Below, piece by piece: positions 28,140 through 37,945 of a DNA stretch of 64,000 nucleotides. A program made the translations under genes and the position numbers. Location of the stretch: contig CAZBFO010000003.1 of assembly GCA_964491475.1 (NCBI GenBank), forward strand, positions 8,766 to 72,765. Direction: 5' to 3'. Source of the DNA: an uncultured Gammaproteobacteria bacterium (GTDB taxonomy: Bacteria > Patescibacteriota > Patescibacteriia > SG8-24). The notes beneath the pieces were generated by a model. The model was not told where the DNA came from. It did not search any database and saw only the letters and a list, made by a program, of their open reading frames with translations. The stretch's first letter is position 1, and the number at the start of each line of letters is the position of its first letter.

Positions 28140-29483
28140 ATGGCCGAAGTGAAACCAGCAGTCGAGACCTTCGCGAAAATCAAAGTCATCGGTGCCGGAG
28201 GTTCCGGCGGCTCTGCCATCAATCGCATGATCCGCTCCAAGATCAAGGGAGTGGAGTTCATCGCCGCCAATACCGACGTGCAGGCGTTGAGCCACTCCAA
28301 CGCCGCCACCAAGATCCATCTCGGCAAGACGCTCACCCGCGGTCTCGGTGCCGGCATGAATCCGGAAGTCGGTCGCGCTTCGGCAGAGGAGAGCCAGAAC
28401 GAGATTCGCGACGCGCTCAAGGGTTCCGACATGGTCTTCATCACCTGCGGCCTCGGCGGCGGGACCGGCAGCGGTGCCGCTCCGGTCATCGCCGAAATCG
28501 CCCGTGACTCCGGCGCACTGACCGTCGCCGTGGTCACCAAGCCGTTCGGTTTCGAGGGCGCCCAGCGCCGTGACATCGCCGAGAAGGCCTACGCCGACCT
28601 GGCCCAGCACGTCGACACCATCATCTCGATTCCCAACGACCGCGTCCTCCAGATCATCGACAAAAAGACATCGCTGCTCGACGCCTTCGAGACGGTCGAT
28701 GACGTCCTGCGCCAGGGCGTGCAGGGCATCTCCGAGCTCATCACCGTTCCGGGCCTCATCAACGTCGACTTCGCCGACGTGCGCGCCATCATGAACAGCA
28801 CCGGCTCGGCCCTCATGGGCATCGGTCGCGCCACTGGCGAGAACCGGGCAATCGACGCCGCCAAGCAGGCGATCGCCAGCCCCTTGCTCGAAGTGGCCAT
28901 CGACGGCGCCCGCGGCATCCTCTTCACCCTCACCGGCGGCAATAACCTGTCCATGCACGAGGTGTCCGAGGCAGCCAAGGTCATCACGGCCAACGCCGAT
29001 CCGAACGCCAAGGTCATCTTCGGCGCCGTCATCGACGAAAACCTCAAGGACGAGCTCAAGGTCTGCGTCATTGCCACGGGCTTCGACAACGCCGAACGCC
29101 CCGTTGAGCGTCGCGCCGCCGATTCCGGCTTCTATACCCCGAACCGGGCCATCAAGAAGGAAGTCGTGGCTCCGGCCCCGGCTCCCGTCGTCGCCCAGTC
29201 ACGGCCCTTTTCGTCGCCCTCTCGCAAGCCCGAACCGGCTCCCGTGGCCGCAGAGCCTGCGGCTCCGGCCTATGCCGAACCGCGCAAACCCGAACCGGTC
29301 GCCAAGCCGGTGATGGAGTCGGTCGATGATGTCGTTGCCAGCCCCTTCATCCGTCGCGCCATGCCGGCCGCCCGCGAGATGCAGCCGCACTATGAGCATC
29401 ATTCCGCCCCTGCGGCCGCGAACGCCGGATCAGTCGAAGAGGACCTCGAAATTCCCGCTTTCATCCGCCGCAAGCTGGGCTAA
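28140..29483 (+). CDS. ftsZ: cell division GTPase FtsZ
   Basis: [17 protein letters not shown] and [16 protein letters not shown] tubulin signature; start set at the [12 protein letters not shown] (28140) rather than the ORF-track start at 27909. Confidence 0.9.
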   Translation: MAEVKPAVETFAKIKVIGAGGSGGSAINRMIRSKIKGVEFIAANTDVQALSHSNAATKIHLGKTLTRGLGAGMNPEVGRASAEESQNEIRDALKGSDMVFITCGLGGGTGSGAAPVIAEIARDSGALTVAVVTKPFGFEGAQRRDIAEKAYADLAQHVDTIISIPNDRVLQIIDKKTSLLDAFETVDDVLRQGVQGISELITVPGLINVDFADVRAIMNSTGSALMGIGRATGENRAIDAAKQAIASPLLEVAIDGARGILFTLTGGNNLSMHEVSEAAKVITANADPNAKVIFGAVIDENLKDELKVCVIATGFDNAERPVERRAADSGFYTPNRAIKKEVVAPAPAPVVAQSRPFSSPSRKPEPAPVAAEPAAPAYAEPRKPEPVAKPVMESVDDVVASPFIRRAMPAAREMQPHYEHHSAPAAANAGSVEEDLEIPAFIRRKLG

Positions 29484-29510
29484 AAGGCCGGCGGCACGTT
29501 CCTGCTTCCC

Positions 29511-29996
29511 ATGCGCTGTCCCGTCTGCAATTTCGAAGACACCCGAGTCGTGGACTCCCGCATCACGCAGGACGGTTTGAGCATCCGCCGACGTCGAGAA
29601 TGCATGGAGTGCGAGTACCGCTTTTCGACCGTCGAGGAAACGGAAATCCTGGACCTCGCGCTGGTGAAACGTGACGGTCGCCGCGAGCCGTACCAGCGCC
29701 AGAAGCTGGAAAACGGCCTTCGCAAAGCGCTCGAGAAGCGCCCATACGAGGCGGAGGCCTTCAATTCGCTGGCCGGTTCCATCGAACGCGACATCCAAAA
29801 GCTGAAGAAAGACGAAATCACCAGCGAGGAGATCGGTGAAATCGTGATGGAGCACCTCAAGAAATTCGACACCGTCGCCTATATCCGGTTCGCCTCCGTT
29901 TATCGGTCGTTTGCCGACGTGGCGACTTTCCAGCAGGAGCTGGATAAGCTGCTGGTGAAGGATGCAGCCGGAGTACGGCGCAAGAAGGCAGCTTGA
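29511..29996 (+). CDS. nrdR: transcriptional repressor NrdR
   Basis: 161 aa; N-terminal zinc ribbon MRCPVCNFEDTRVVDSR...C.EC..RF.T.E plus ATP-cone. Confidence 0.9.
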   Translation: MRCPVCNFEDTRVVDSRITQDGLSIRRRRECMECEYRFSTVEETEILDLALVKRDGRREPYQRQKLENGLRKALEKRPYEAEAFNSLAGSIERDIQKLKKDEITSEEIGEIVMEHLKKFDTVAYIRFASVYRSFADVATFQQELDKLLVKDAAGVRRKKAA

Positions 29997-30116
29997 CGGA
30001 CGGAAAAGAGACATGGGCCGGTCCCGTGTTTTTTGATTCCCGCCGAGCCTTCACGAAAGCCGATTTTTTTGATATACTTAGGGCAATTAAGTCATTGCGT
30101 TGCCGCACGATTGCGT

Positions 30117-31556
30117 ATGATGCCCAAGAAGCGAACGAAGATCGTCTGTACCATTGGGCCGGCTTCGCATGACCCCGAAATGATGGAAAAGATGGCGCTG
30201 GCCGGCATGAACGTGGCTCGCCTCAACTTTTCGCACGGCACGCACGACGATCATGCCAAGACGGTCGCCGCGGTTCGCGCCCTCGCGGCCAAGCTGGGAA
30301 CGACCATCGGTATCCTTCAGGATTTGCAGGGGCCGAAAATCCGCGTCGGCAACCTGCCGCAGGACGGCGTGATGCTGGTCAAGGACGAGATGGTGACGTT
30401 TACCACCGACGCTTCGGCGCAGATGCCCAAGATTCCCGTCACCTACGACAAGCTGCATCAGGACGTGAAGGCCGGCGACGTCATTCTGCTGGACGACGGA
30501 CTGCTGGAAGTGCGCGTAGAGAAGGTGGAGGGCACGGACATCGTCACCCGCGTGGTGAACGGCGGTCCGCTGACTTCGCACAAGGGCTTCAACCTGCCGA
30601 CAGCCACGCTTTCCGTGCCTTCGGTGACCGATAAGGACAAGGACGACCTCAAGTTCGGCGTTTCGCAGCGCGTCGATTGGGTGGCGCTGTCATTCGTGCG
30701 TACCGCCAAGGAGATTCATGACTGCCGCGCGATGATTGCCCAGTTCGAGAAGGAATTGGGACTGTCCGACGCTCATTCCATCCGCATCGTCGCCAAGATC
30801 GAGAAGCACGAGGCCATCAAGAACATCGACGAGATCATTGATGCCGTCGACGCCATCATGGTGGCACGGGGCGACTTGGGCATCGAGACGCCGGCGGCCG
30901 AGGTGCCGCTGGTTCAGAAGACCATCATTGAGAAGTGCCTGGCTGCGGCCAAGCCCGTCATCGTAGCCACGCAGATGCTCGACTCGATGATACGCAATCC
31001 TCGCCCCACCCGCGCCGAAGTGTCCGACGTGGCCAACGCCGTCATCGACCACACCGACGCCGTGATGCTTTCGGGCGAATCAGCCTCGGGCAAATATCCT
31101 CTCGAAGCCGTCGAGACCATGGCCAACATCGTCACGGAGACCGAGGCGTCGCATTTTGACGACCTTGCGCCCGTCATCGGCGGCACGAAGCGCAGCTCCG
31201 AAGCCGCCATGTCGGAATTGGCCAACATCCTGTCGCATGAAGTCGCCGCCAAGCTCATCCTGGTATGCTCGGCCTCGGGCGACACCGGCCGCGCGGTCAG
31301 CCGTCACCGTCCGGAACTGCCCATCGTGGCGGTGTGCGACAGCGAACGTGTCCGCAACCAGTTGCAGCTGTCCTGGGGCGTCGTGCCGATGCTTCTGCCT
31401 GCCTTCGCCAGCGTCGAGGAGATGATCGTCGGGGCGATGGCCCGTCTGAAGGAGCAGCAGCTTGCCGTCCCGGGTGACAAGATCATCGTCGTTTCTGGCG
31501 AGCCTGTAGGTTCGTCGGAGGGGGTGAACCTGGTCGAGCTGCGGACCGTGGCTTGA
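30117..31556 (+). CDS. pyk: pyruvate kinase
   Basis: TKIVCTIGPAS, NVARLNFSHG, MVARGDLGIE motifs; start taken at the MMPKKRTKIV ATG. Confidence 0.9.
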   Translation: MMPKKRTKIVCTIGPASHDPEMMEKMALAGMNVARLNFSHGTHDDHAKTVAAVRALAAKLGTTIGILQDLQGPKIRVGNLPQDGVMLVKDEMVTFTTDASAQMPKIPVTYDKLHQDVKAGDVILLDDGLLEVRVEKVEGTDIVTRVVNGGPLTSHKGFNLPTATLSVPSVTDKDKDDLKFGVSQRVDWVALSFVRTAKEIHDCRAMIAQFEKELGLSDAHSIRIVAKIEKHEAIKNIDEIIDAVDAIMVARGDLGIETPAAEVPLVQKTIIEKCLAAAKPVIVATQMLDSMIRNPRPTRAEVSDVANAVIDHTDAVMLSGESASGKYPLEAVETMANIVTETEASHFDDLAPVIGGTKRSSEAAMSELANILSHEVAAKLILVCSASGDTGRAVSRHRPELPIVAVCDSERVRNQLQLSWGVVPMLLPAFASVEEMIVGAMARLKEQQLAVPGDKIIVVSGEPVGSSEGVNLVELRTVA

Positions 31557-31572
31557 GCGAAAACGAAACGAA

Positions 31573-31598
31573 AATCGGCCGGCTTCCGCCGGCCGATT
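31573..31598. terminator. bidirectional hairpin between pyk and the convergent minus-strand gene
   Basis: aatcggccggc-ttcc-gccggccgatt 11-bp stem; T-tract on the minus-strand side. Confidence 0.5.
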
Positions 31599-31599
31599 G

Positions 31600-32355
31600 T
31601 CATTGCGACGGCATGTTTCGGAGCGCATCGTCATCGAAGAACGTCTCGTTCGCCTTATAGGCGCCATGGTTGAGGACCTCGCAGCTGCCGTCACGTTGCG
31701 TTCCGCACTTGTAAGCGTCGGTGCCGGTGCGCTTTTGGAAATCGAGCACGTAGCCGTTGCTGGTGGCGGATTCGGCGTTTTCGCAGCGAAGGAGGAACTG
31801 GCTTTCGGGAGACGCGCCGTTGCCGGTGACGGTGCAGACGGACGGGGAGACGTCGTTCACCAGATTGAAGTCGTCAGCCGTGATGGCGATCGTGGCGGCC
31901 TTCGGGTCAGCCTCGCTCATGATGCCGAAGGCCACGCTGCCGGTGAAATTCGGCAGGTGCTTCACGGCCAGGAACAGGATGCGCGGATCGGCACTGTCAT
32001 CCGCGCAGGCGTCGGACAGTTCGTAGCCGTCGTCAATGAGCGAGGCGAACTTCTTGCTGACTTCCAGATAGGGCAGCACGGCCTCCGTGCGTTCGGCGTC
32101 GGTCAGGTCCTTTCGAATTGGCGTCTGGCCGCAGGCTTCAAGCATGCTCCGAGCGCTTTTGACGTCTGCTTCCGTTGCAGGAACGGCACCGGCCGCCTTG
32201 GTTTTGGCGGCTTGTCGGACCTGGTCAGAAAGAGTGCCGATGGAATCGTGGAGGCTGGCGATGTCGCCGTTTCGGAAATACAACGAAGCGCCTATTCCCA
32301 CGCAGGCGACGAGCAGGATGATAATGATGACGGTCTGGAGCCTCTGGATGGTCAT
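31600..32355 (-). CDS. hypothetical membrane-anchored secreted protein (Cys-containing)
   Basis: Start set at MTIQRLQTVIIIILLVACVGIG (signal anchor); no recognisable family. Confidence 0.45.
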   Translation of the reverse strand: MTIQRLQTVIIIILLVACVGIGASLYFRNGDIASLHDSIGTLSDQVRQAAKTKAAGAVPATEADVKSARSMLEACGQTPIRKDLTDAERTEAVLPYLEVSKKFASLIDDGYELSDACADDSADPRILFLAVKHLPNFTGSVAFGIMSEADPKAATIAITADDFNLVNDVSPSVCTVTGNGASPESQFLLRCENAESATSNGYVLDFQKRTGTDAYKCGTQRDGSCEVLNHGAYKANETFFDDDALRNMPSQ

Positions 32356-32517
32356 AGGGCTGCTACGCCAAAAATACCATATTTGACCCCACTTGGGCCA
32401 CATTATGGCCGAAAACAGTGGAAAAATGGCCAGGTCGCGAGAAGAACCAGGGGGACTTGAAAGAAAAAGCGACTTCGACTACAATAATCCCACTGTGAAT
32501 CCTGAAATGGATATCGT

Positions 32518-32595
32518 GGGTCCGTGGTGTAGCCCGGTTAACACGTCTCCCTGTCACGGAGAAGACCGAGGGTTCAAATCCCTTCGGACCCGCCA
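32518..32595 (+). tRNA. tRNA-Asp (anticodon GTC)
   Basis: Acceptor stem gggtccg/cggaccc; anticodon stem tctcc/ggaga with loop ctGTCac; T arm gagggttcaaatccctt; discriminator g plus CCA. Confidence 0.85.
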
Positions 32596-32597
32596 CG

Positions 32598-32629
32598 AAA
32601 ACACCTGCCTCAACGCAGGTGTTTTCGTT
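32598..32629 (+). terminator. intrinsic terminator after tRNA-Asp
   Basis: aaaacacctgc-ctcaac-gcaggtgtttt, 11-bp stem plus T-tract. Confidence 0.6.
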
Positions 32630-32724
32630 TGCGCGTTCGCGGATTGACCCGGCCTCGGTTTTATGCTTAGCTGTGACGGCAGCGGCGTTCCTTTCGCAAA
32701 AACGAACAAGACAGGAGCATCAAC

Positions 32725-33222
32725 ATGGGCACGTACCCTCGCGTCACGTACAACCCGGATGGCGGCATGGACCCCAGGGACAGCATCTTGGGCGGTCATC
32801 TGCAGATCACGGCGTTCGAAGACAAGTGCATCGTCTGGCAGCTGGTAACGTGGGGCGGCAGGGAGTACACCGGCCGCTACGTCCGCATCTTCGGCTACCG
32901 CTGTTCGCAGACGCGCGACGAGCCGGGAGGGCTGAAGTCGTTTGAGGTCTTTCCCATCGACCGTGAGAGCAGCAGGCGCGACGCCGAGGACGTGGTGGAC
33001 GAGCAGCTCCGCAAGCACGACGCGCGTCGGCACGACTCGATGAACATCTCCATCGGCTTCTGGCCGCGCAACGCCAAGCCCGAGACCTTCCATGTCATCG
33101 GCACGCATCCTTCCAAGCTGGTGCCGATTCCTCCGACGTATCAGGCGCCGTACGCGTCGCCGGACGGTACGACCATTCACTATCCGCCGGGAACGTACCC
33201 GGGCAACGGATACATTTCTTAG
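32725..33222 (+). CDS. hypothetical protein
   Basis: 165 aa ORF with coding-like GC3 bias; no motif recognised. Confidence 0.4.
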   Translation: MGTYPRVTYNPDGGMDPRDSILGGHLQITAFEDKCIVWQLVTWGGREYTGRYVRIFGYRCSQTRDEPGGLKSFEVFPIDRESSRRDAEDVVDEQLRKHDARRHDSMNISIGFWPRNAKPETFHVIGTHPSKLVPIPPTYQAPYASPDGTTIHYPPGTYPGNGYIS

Positions 33223-33307
33223 GCGGACGCCATGCCTGGCACCTCTGGCACCCGTAGCGGTTGACCGTTCGTGACTTTCGCGCTATACACCAGCCGGAGG
33301 AAGCAGG

Positions 33308-33718
33308 ATGAAACCCGCATACGCGATGTATCTTCTGCAGGTCGAATGGACCTGGGACCACAGCAACACCGAGTTCGCCACGATCACCGTGGAGGGCCGT
33401 GAAGGCTGCCGCTACGAACCCGAATTCGAGCGTCTGCTCGATCCGGACTTCCCGCAGGTTCGCAAGTCGGGAATGATCGAGGAACTCAATGCTGTCGCCC
33501 AGGCAGTCGCCAGGGGCACTCCCGGCAGTTGCAGGGTCGTCCGCTTGTACCGAATCGAGGATGCCGTCGGCATCCTGAACGGCGGTCAGCCCAATGGCGC
33601 CTTTGCCGCAGGGAGCTTGGCCGTCATGCAGATGACTCTGCGCCCCGTGTGTGAGTTCGATTCGGAAGGAGCACCCATCGCCCCGAAGGGGCAGAGCGTC
33701 GAGCTGCCGGCGACATAG
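33308..33718 (+). CDS. hypothetical protein
   Basis: 136 aa ORF; no motif recognised. Confidence 0.4.
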   Translation: MKPAYAMYLLQVEWTWDHSNTEFATITVEGREGCRYEPEFERLLDPDFPQVRKSGMIEELNAVAQAVARGTPGSCRVVRLYRIEDAVGILNGGQPNGAFAAGSLAVMQMTLRPVCEFDSEGAPIAPKGQSVELPAT

Positions 33719-33738
33719 ATTTCCCGTTCACCGACTCG

Positions 33739-33766
33739 GACGCCGATACCATCGGCGTCTTTTTTT
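33739..33766 (+). terminator. intrinsic terminator
   Basis: gacgccgat-acc-atcggcgtc 9-bp stem followed by ttttttt. Confidence 0.55.
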
Positions 33767-33777
33767 GCCAAAAAGAA

Positions 33778-33806
33778 AGCGCCCCCGGCATAAGGCCGGG
33801 AGCGCT
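33778..33806 (-). terminator. intrinsic terminator for the convergent minus-strand gene
   Basis: agcgcccccggc/gccgggagcgct hairpin with a T-rich tract on the minus strand. Confidence 0.45.
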
Positions 33807-33821
33807 GTGGGTGAGTCGCCT

Positions 33822-34211
33822 CTACTTGATGTCCTCATACACGACGACGGTGCAATCCGGGTCGGTGACGAGGGCGTTGTCGACGATTCGGATTTGGTCG
33901 CGCCGGCACTTCGACGCGTCGACGAGCTTGAGCTTCCGCTGCGGTGAGCCGGAGAAGACGGTGCGCGTGAGCGGCGTCTCTGCCGAATCGCCCTTTGAAG
34001 GCGCGTTGCAGGCGTGGAAGATTCCGGCGCCGGCGACGATGGCAGTGATGCCGAGGATGGCGTAGGTCAGGAACCGGCGCTTCGCCCGCACTCGCGGCAC
34101 GATGACCGTGGTCTCCTCGCGGGAGGTGTCGGTCGGCTTGGTTTCGGAAGGCTCCGCGGGCTTCGTCGTCTCGTTCTGCGCGGTCATCGGTTCGGTATTG
34201 GCTTGATGCAT
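33822..34211 (-). CDS. hypothetical membrane-anchored protein
   Basis: Start at the MHQANTEP ATG (34211); Thr/Glu/Pro-rich N-terminus, TM helix FLTYAILGITAIVAGAGIF, Cys-containing C-terminal domain; caggagag RBS. Confidence 0.45.
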   Translation of the reverse strand: MHQANTEPMTAQNETTKPAEPSETKPTDTSREETTVIVPRVRAKRRFLTYAILGITAIVAGAGIFHACNAPSKGDSAETPLTRTVFSGSPQRKLKLVDASKCRRDQIRIVDNALVTDPDCTVVVYEDIK

Positions 34212-34282
34212 TGCAGCTCTCCTGGTGGAACGTACGGGTAACCCGTTTTTGCGGGTGATCCCAAAGCAAATGGGAACTCCGC

Positions 34283-34311
34283 AATCTAGCACAAAAAAGC
34301 CGTTTTGTCAA
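34283..34311 (-). promoter_or_regulatory. sigma70-like promoter TTGACAAAACGGCTTTTTTGTGCTAGATT
   Basis: Minus strand: -35 TTGACA (34311-34306), 17-nt spacer, extended -10 TGcTAGATT (34288-34283). Confidence 0.5.
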
Positions 34312-34368
34312 CGCGGGGAGGCAATATCCAAACGAAAACGACCCCTTTTCGGGAGGTCGTTTTTTGGC

Positions 34369-34719
34369 TTACTGCTTGTTGGAGGCTTCGTAAATCATCC
34401 TGAAGGCTTCCGGGTGGCTGCCAGCGATCTGCGAGAGAATCTTGCGGTCGATGGTGATGCCGGCCTTCTTGAGGTTGCCCATGAACTTGCTGTAGGAGCC
34501 GCCGAGCGGGCGAACTGCCGCGCTGATGCGGGTTTGCCACAGGCCGCGCATGTCGCGCTTCTTGAGGCGGCGGTCGCGGTAGGCGTTCTTGCCGGCCTTG
34601 AGGATGGCGACCTTGGCAAGCTTGAGCTTGCTCTTGCGCCCCCACATGTAGCCCTTGGTCTGGGCCATGATGTTCTTGCGGCGCTTGAGGTGTGTTTTTC
34701 CACGTTTAACGCGAGGCAT
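34369..34719 (-). CDS. rplT: 50S ribosomal protein L20
   Basis: 116 aa; MPRVKRG..H..R...GY conserved start. Confidence 0.9.
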   Translation of the reverse strand: MPRVKRGKTHLKRRKNIMAQTKGYMWGRKSKLKLAKVAILKAGKNAYRDRRLKKRDMRGLWQTRISAAVRPLGGSYSKFMGNLKKAGITIDRKILSQIAGSHPEAFRMIYEASNKQ

Positions 34720-34728
34720 AGGCGGAGT

Positions 34729-34917
34729 TTACTGCTGGAGCGTCAGCTTCTTAATGCTCTTGGCGAAAGCGGGGTGCTGGGTCTTGTCACGGCGCTTGTT
34801 GCGCGTGGTGTTGCCCGATTCGCGGGTGTTGAAGTGGGCCTGACCGGCGGCGCGCTTGAGGATCTTGCCGCTCTTGGTCACTTTGTACCGCTTGGACATT
34901 GCTTTGTGGGTCTTCAT
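34729..34917 (-). CDS. rpmI: 50S ribosomal protein L35
   Basis: Start at MKTHKAMSKRYKVTKSGKILKR, which aligns to the L35 N-terminus MPKIKTxxxAAKRFKxTGKGG; the ORF-track start at 34971 is probably too far upstream. Confidence 0.8.
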   Translation of the reverse strand: MKTHKAMSKRYKVTKSGKILKRAAGQAHFNTRESGNTTRNKRRDKTQHPAFAKSIKKLTLQQ

Positions 34918-34976
34918 AAAATGGTGTTTTGACCAGAGAACCTGCGCTAGGCGCAGGTCCTGTAACTCCACGGATA

Positions 34977-35525
34977 TTACGCTTTTCCAACGATACTTGT
35001 CAACTGCCCGCCCTGGCGAAGCACCGGTTGTTCGATTTTGAGGGGGACATCCTTGTTCAGGAGGGCAATAAACTGCTGAATTACTTGGGTTGCCAGCTCT
35101 CCAAAGCGCTTTTCGCGGCCTCTCAAGATGATTTCTGCCTTCACTTTGTTGCCTTCGGCCAAAAACTCCTTGGCCTTCTCCTTGCGGACTTCCATGTCAT
35201 GCGGGGCGATGCGCAGAGAAAGGCGGATACCTTTCACCTCGACGGTCTTTTGCTTGGCCTTTTGCTTGCGAGCCTCCTTGTCTTGCTCGTATTTGTAGCG
35301 TCCAAAATCGACGATTTTGGCTACAGGAGGCTCCGCCTTGGGCTGAATGACGACCAGATCGAGATCGCGCTCTTTGGCCTTGGAAATGGCGTCAGCGGTA
35401 GGCATGACACCGACATGGACGTCGTTCTCATCAATGACGCGAACCTCCGCAAAGCGGATAAGCTCGTTCACCGAGTACATGACTTTTTGTGGCTTCGGTT
35501 TGAAGCGTCGGCGGGAGATTCGCAA
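34977..35525 (-). CDS. infC: translation initiation factor IF-3 (non-ATG TTG start in the track; exact start uncertain)
   Basis: 182 aa; VRVIDENDVHVGVM..DLDLVVIQP..EPPVAKIVDFGRYKYE N- and C-domain motifs; infC-rpmI-rplT order conserved. Confidence 0.85.
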   Translation of the reverse strand: MRISRRRFKPKPQKVMYSVNELIRFAEVRVIDENDVHVGVMPTADAISKAKERDLDLVVIQPKAEPPVAKIVDFGRYKYEQDKEARKQKAKQKTVEVKGIRLSLRIAPHDMEVRKEKAKEFLAEGNKVKAEIILRGREKRFGELATQVIQQFIALLNKDVPLKIEQPVLRQGGQLTSIVGKA

Positions 35526-35623
35526 GGTCGTACTGGTTAGCGATGGATATGTGGCTCATCATAGGGAAATTCTTGCCGTTTGTAAAGAGGTGACGGGCAA
35601 ATGGTCCGGTTAAGGTCTGGTTT

Positions 35624-35632
35624 TGCTATACT
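35624..35632 (+). promoter_or_regulatory. extended -10 (TGCTATACT) 10 nt upstream of the DUF2723 ATG (leaderless candidate)
   Basis: TATACT at 35627-35632 with TG at 35624-35625; ATG at 35642. Confidence 0.4.
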
Positions 35633-35641
35633 TGCGCTGTT

Positions 35642-37453
35642 ATGCGGCTTTTTACCGTACGTTGGGACAAAAAGTTTCCATCTTGGGCAGTTCCTTTGTT
35701 TTTGGGGAGTTTTTCGTTCTTTGCCTATCTTGAGACGCTGCCAAGTACGATTTCATTCGAGGATAGCGCGGAATTCGTGACCGCATCGGCGAGCTTGGGC
35801 ATCGCGCATCCATCCGGTTATCCGCTGTACGTGCTTCTCGGTCACCTGTTCAGTCTTTTGCCCTTTGGGACGGTTTCATGGAGGGTTGCCTTGCTTTCAG
35901 CGGTATGTGCTGCGGCGGCGGTGGCAGTCCTTTTCGTCGCTGGGCGTGAAATTGTCGAGTTTCTGGGCAGGCGGGCTGATGCAGCCACCGAAATGGTGAT
36001 GGCCGGCTGCTCGGCAGCCTTCGCGCTTTCACCGTTGTGGTGGAGCCAGGCCGTGTACGCCAAGGTGTACGCATTGCATGTCCTTCTTCTCGGGCTGGTA
36101 GCTTTGTACTTATTACGATGGGCAACGACGAATTCGGAACGAAACATCTTCCTTGTAGCTTTGTTTTTCGGTCTCGCCTGCGCGAATCATCTTTTTCTGA
36201 CTTTGGCGGCAGGCCCATGGCTGATTGCGGCGCTGATTATGGGTTCGGGGGAGGGACGGCGTTTGCGAAAGGCCGCGGTCGTCGTCGCCGGGGTGGCCGC
36301 AGGCATGCTGCCGTATGCGTATATAGCGCTGCGGATGCCGACGGCGCCGTATGCGACGGTAACCTTCGATCATGCCGCGCAGCTGCTGAAGTTCGTTCTC
36401 CGTTCCAATTATGCCGACGTGGGCGTCGGCGGAGGAGAAAAATTCTGGCTGCTCCTGATCCTCTGTGCGAATGCGTTGGCGGACGTGGGCATGGGAGTCG
36501 CGGCGTTGGCAACCTTTGGCGCCCACGGTCTCGTGCAGCGAGGCATTCGGCGTCAGGCGAGAGCTGCAGGCATTTTCTGGCTCGGCGTCATCGCCGTGCC
36601 GCTGTTCATCGTCGGTTTCCGGTCGATCGGTTTCTCCGGCGAGGCAGCCTACCTCTATCGCGTTTACGGCCTTTCGAGCGAGGCGTTTGTGTCAGCCTTG
36701 GCCGCCGTCGGCATGGCGGTCATCTGGCAATCGGCTGCAGCTCGACGTTTCGGGGTCGCACGATATGCGCTGTCGATGCTTGCCGTCGCCCTGCCGATTC
36801 TTTCCGCGATAAACGCGGCACCGGCCGTGAGACTGGCAGCCGATCCGTTCGTGGAGCAGTGGCTCCGCTCCACATTGGAAAGCTTGCCGCCGGAGGCAGT
36901 CCTGGTCGTTTCCGAGGAGGGTACGGTATCCGACACCGAGCTGTTCGGTTTGTCGTATCTGCAGGTAACGGAAGGACTTCGTCGCGACGTTACCGTGGTG
37001 ACCGACATGGGCATCCGTCCGCTGTATCGTCCGGAGCTGCCGGCGGGGGAGTCTCGTTTCCCTCTCCCCATCCAGCGACGGATGCTGCTCGAGGCGACAC
37101 TGCGTGATCCCGCCTTGGCGGCGCGTCCGTTATTTACGAGTTTCCCTCCGGAAGTCGTCGCCGCACAATACCGTTCTCGCGCCACGGGCTACGTCTTTGC
37201 TCTCGATGAGGACGCTGCATTGCCGGCGGCGCCGCTGTATCGACTGCCGGCGGATGCGGGTTCGTCCTACGCGGCGGCAAAGATTACGGCCCATCTGGGA
37301 TACCTTGAAGCCGCTCGAATCACCGAAACCGACGGCGTCAGGGCGGCGATGCCTGCGCTGCAAAAAGCCATGAATCTCGATCAGGAACCGGAGAGCAGCG
37401 ATTATGTGGGATTCGTGCGTCATCGCGGGGCGACGGTAGAGGTTGAGCGATGA
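35642..37453 (+). CDS. DUF2723 (TMEM260-like) polytopic membrane protein, putative glycosyltransferase-like
   Basis: 603 aa; N-terminal DSAEFVTASASLGIAHPSGYPLY matches the DUF2723 hallmark (DSGE..GIAHPPGYPLY); more than 10 TM helices then a soluble C-terminal domain. Confidence 0.7.
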   Translation: MRLFTVRWDKKFPSWAVPLFLGSFSFFAYLETLPSTISFEDSAEFVTASASLGIAHPSGYPLYVLLGHLFSLLPFGTVSWRVALLSAVCAAAAVAVLFVAGREIVEFLGRRADAATEMVMAGCSAAFALSPLWWSQAVYAKVYALHVLLLGLVALYLLRWATTNSERNIFLVALFFGLACANHLFLTLAAGPWLIAALIMGSGEGRRLRKAAVVVAGVAAGMLPYAYIALRMPTAPYATVTFDHAAQLLKFVLRSNYADVGVGGGEKFWLLLILCANALADVGMGVAALATFGAHGLVQRGIRRQARAAGIFWLGVIAVPLFIVGFRSIGFSGEAAYLYRVYGLSSEAFVSALAAVGMAVIWQSAAARRFGVARYALSMLAVALPILSAINAAPAVRLAADPFVEQWLRSTLESLPPEAVLVVSEEGTVSDTELFGLSYLQVTEGLRRDVTVVTDMGIRPLYRPELPAGESRFPLPIQRRMLLEATLRDPALAARPLFTSFPPEVVAAQYRSRATGYVFALDEDAALPAAPLYRLPADAGSSYAAAKITAHLGYLEAARITETDGVRAAMPALQKAMNLDQEPESSDYVGFVRHRGATVEVER

Positions 37454-37480
37454 CGCTCCTCACGGTACAGTGCCCCCGAT

Positions 37481-37924
37481 ATGTCCACGTTGGCCGAAAA
37501 CAAGAAAGCCCGTTTCGAATACGAAATCCTCGAGCCGTTCGAGGCCGGCTTGATGCTGCTCGGCCACGAGGTGAAGTCGGTCCGTGCGGGCCGGATGGCA
37601 CTGGTAGGTTCGTATGTCACCATTTCGCGCGGCGCCCTTTGGCTGGTCGGCGCGCAAATACAGCGCTACCCGCAGGCGGGACCGCTGCCTGATTACGATC
37701 CCCAGCGCACCCGCAAACTCCTGCTGCACAAGCGCGAAATCCAAAAATTGGCCGGAAAAATGGAGCAGAAAGGATTGACTTTGGTCCCTCTTTCTGTCTA
37801 TACTAAGGGGTCGAAAATCAAGTTGTCCTTCGGATTGGCCCGCGGCAGGAAGCAGTTCGAGAAGAAGGACAAGCTCAAGAAGCGCGACCTGGACCGCGAC
37901 ATCCGGCGCACCCTCAAAGGATAG
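37481..37924 (+). CDS. smpB: SsrA-binding protein SmpB
   Basis: 147 aa; ..FEYEILE..EAG..L.G.EVKS.R.G...L..SY and a basic C-terminal tail. Confidence 0.9.
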   Translation: MSTLAENKKARFEYEILEPFEAGLMLLGHEVKSVRAGRMALVGSYVTISRGALWLVGAQIQRYPQAGPLPDYDPQRTRKLLLHKREIQKLAGKMEQKGLTLVPLSVYTKGSKIKLSFGLARGRKQFEKKDKLKKRDLDRDIRRTLKG

Positions 37925-37945
37925 AAGCCCGCTTCTGTCTTTCGA

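Noticed and set aside
29997-30116. Riboswitch or attenuator upstream of pyk
   Set aside because: Only a weak hairpin and a TATACT -10-like element. No conserved riboswitch core was recognisable.
32393-32647. 84-aa ORF overlapping tRNA-Asp; also the 5' end of the ORF-track lepB call (4090-4176) overlapping tRNA-Val
   Set aside because: The tRNA cloverleaves are unambiguous. The ORFs were discarded (32393..32647) or trimmed to the first ATG downstream of the tRNA (lepB).
32596-34292. Small integrated element or genomic islet downstream of tRNA-Asp (three short hypothetical genes)
   Set aside because: No integrase or recombinase, no direct repeat of the tRNA 3' end that I could find by eye, and no obvious GC shift. 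Kept as ordinary hypothetical genes.
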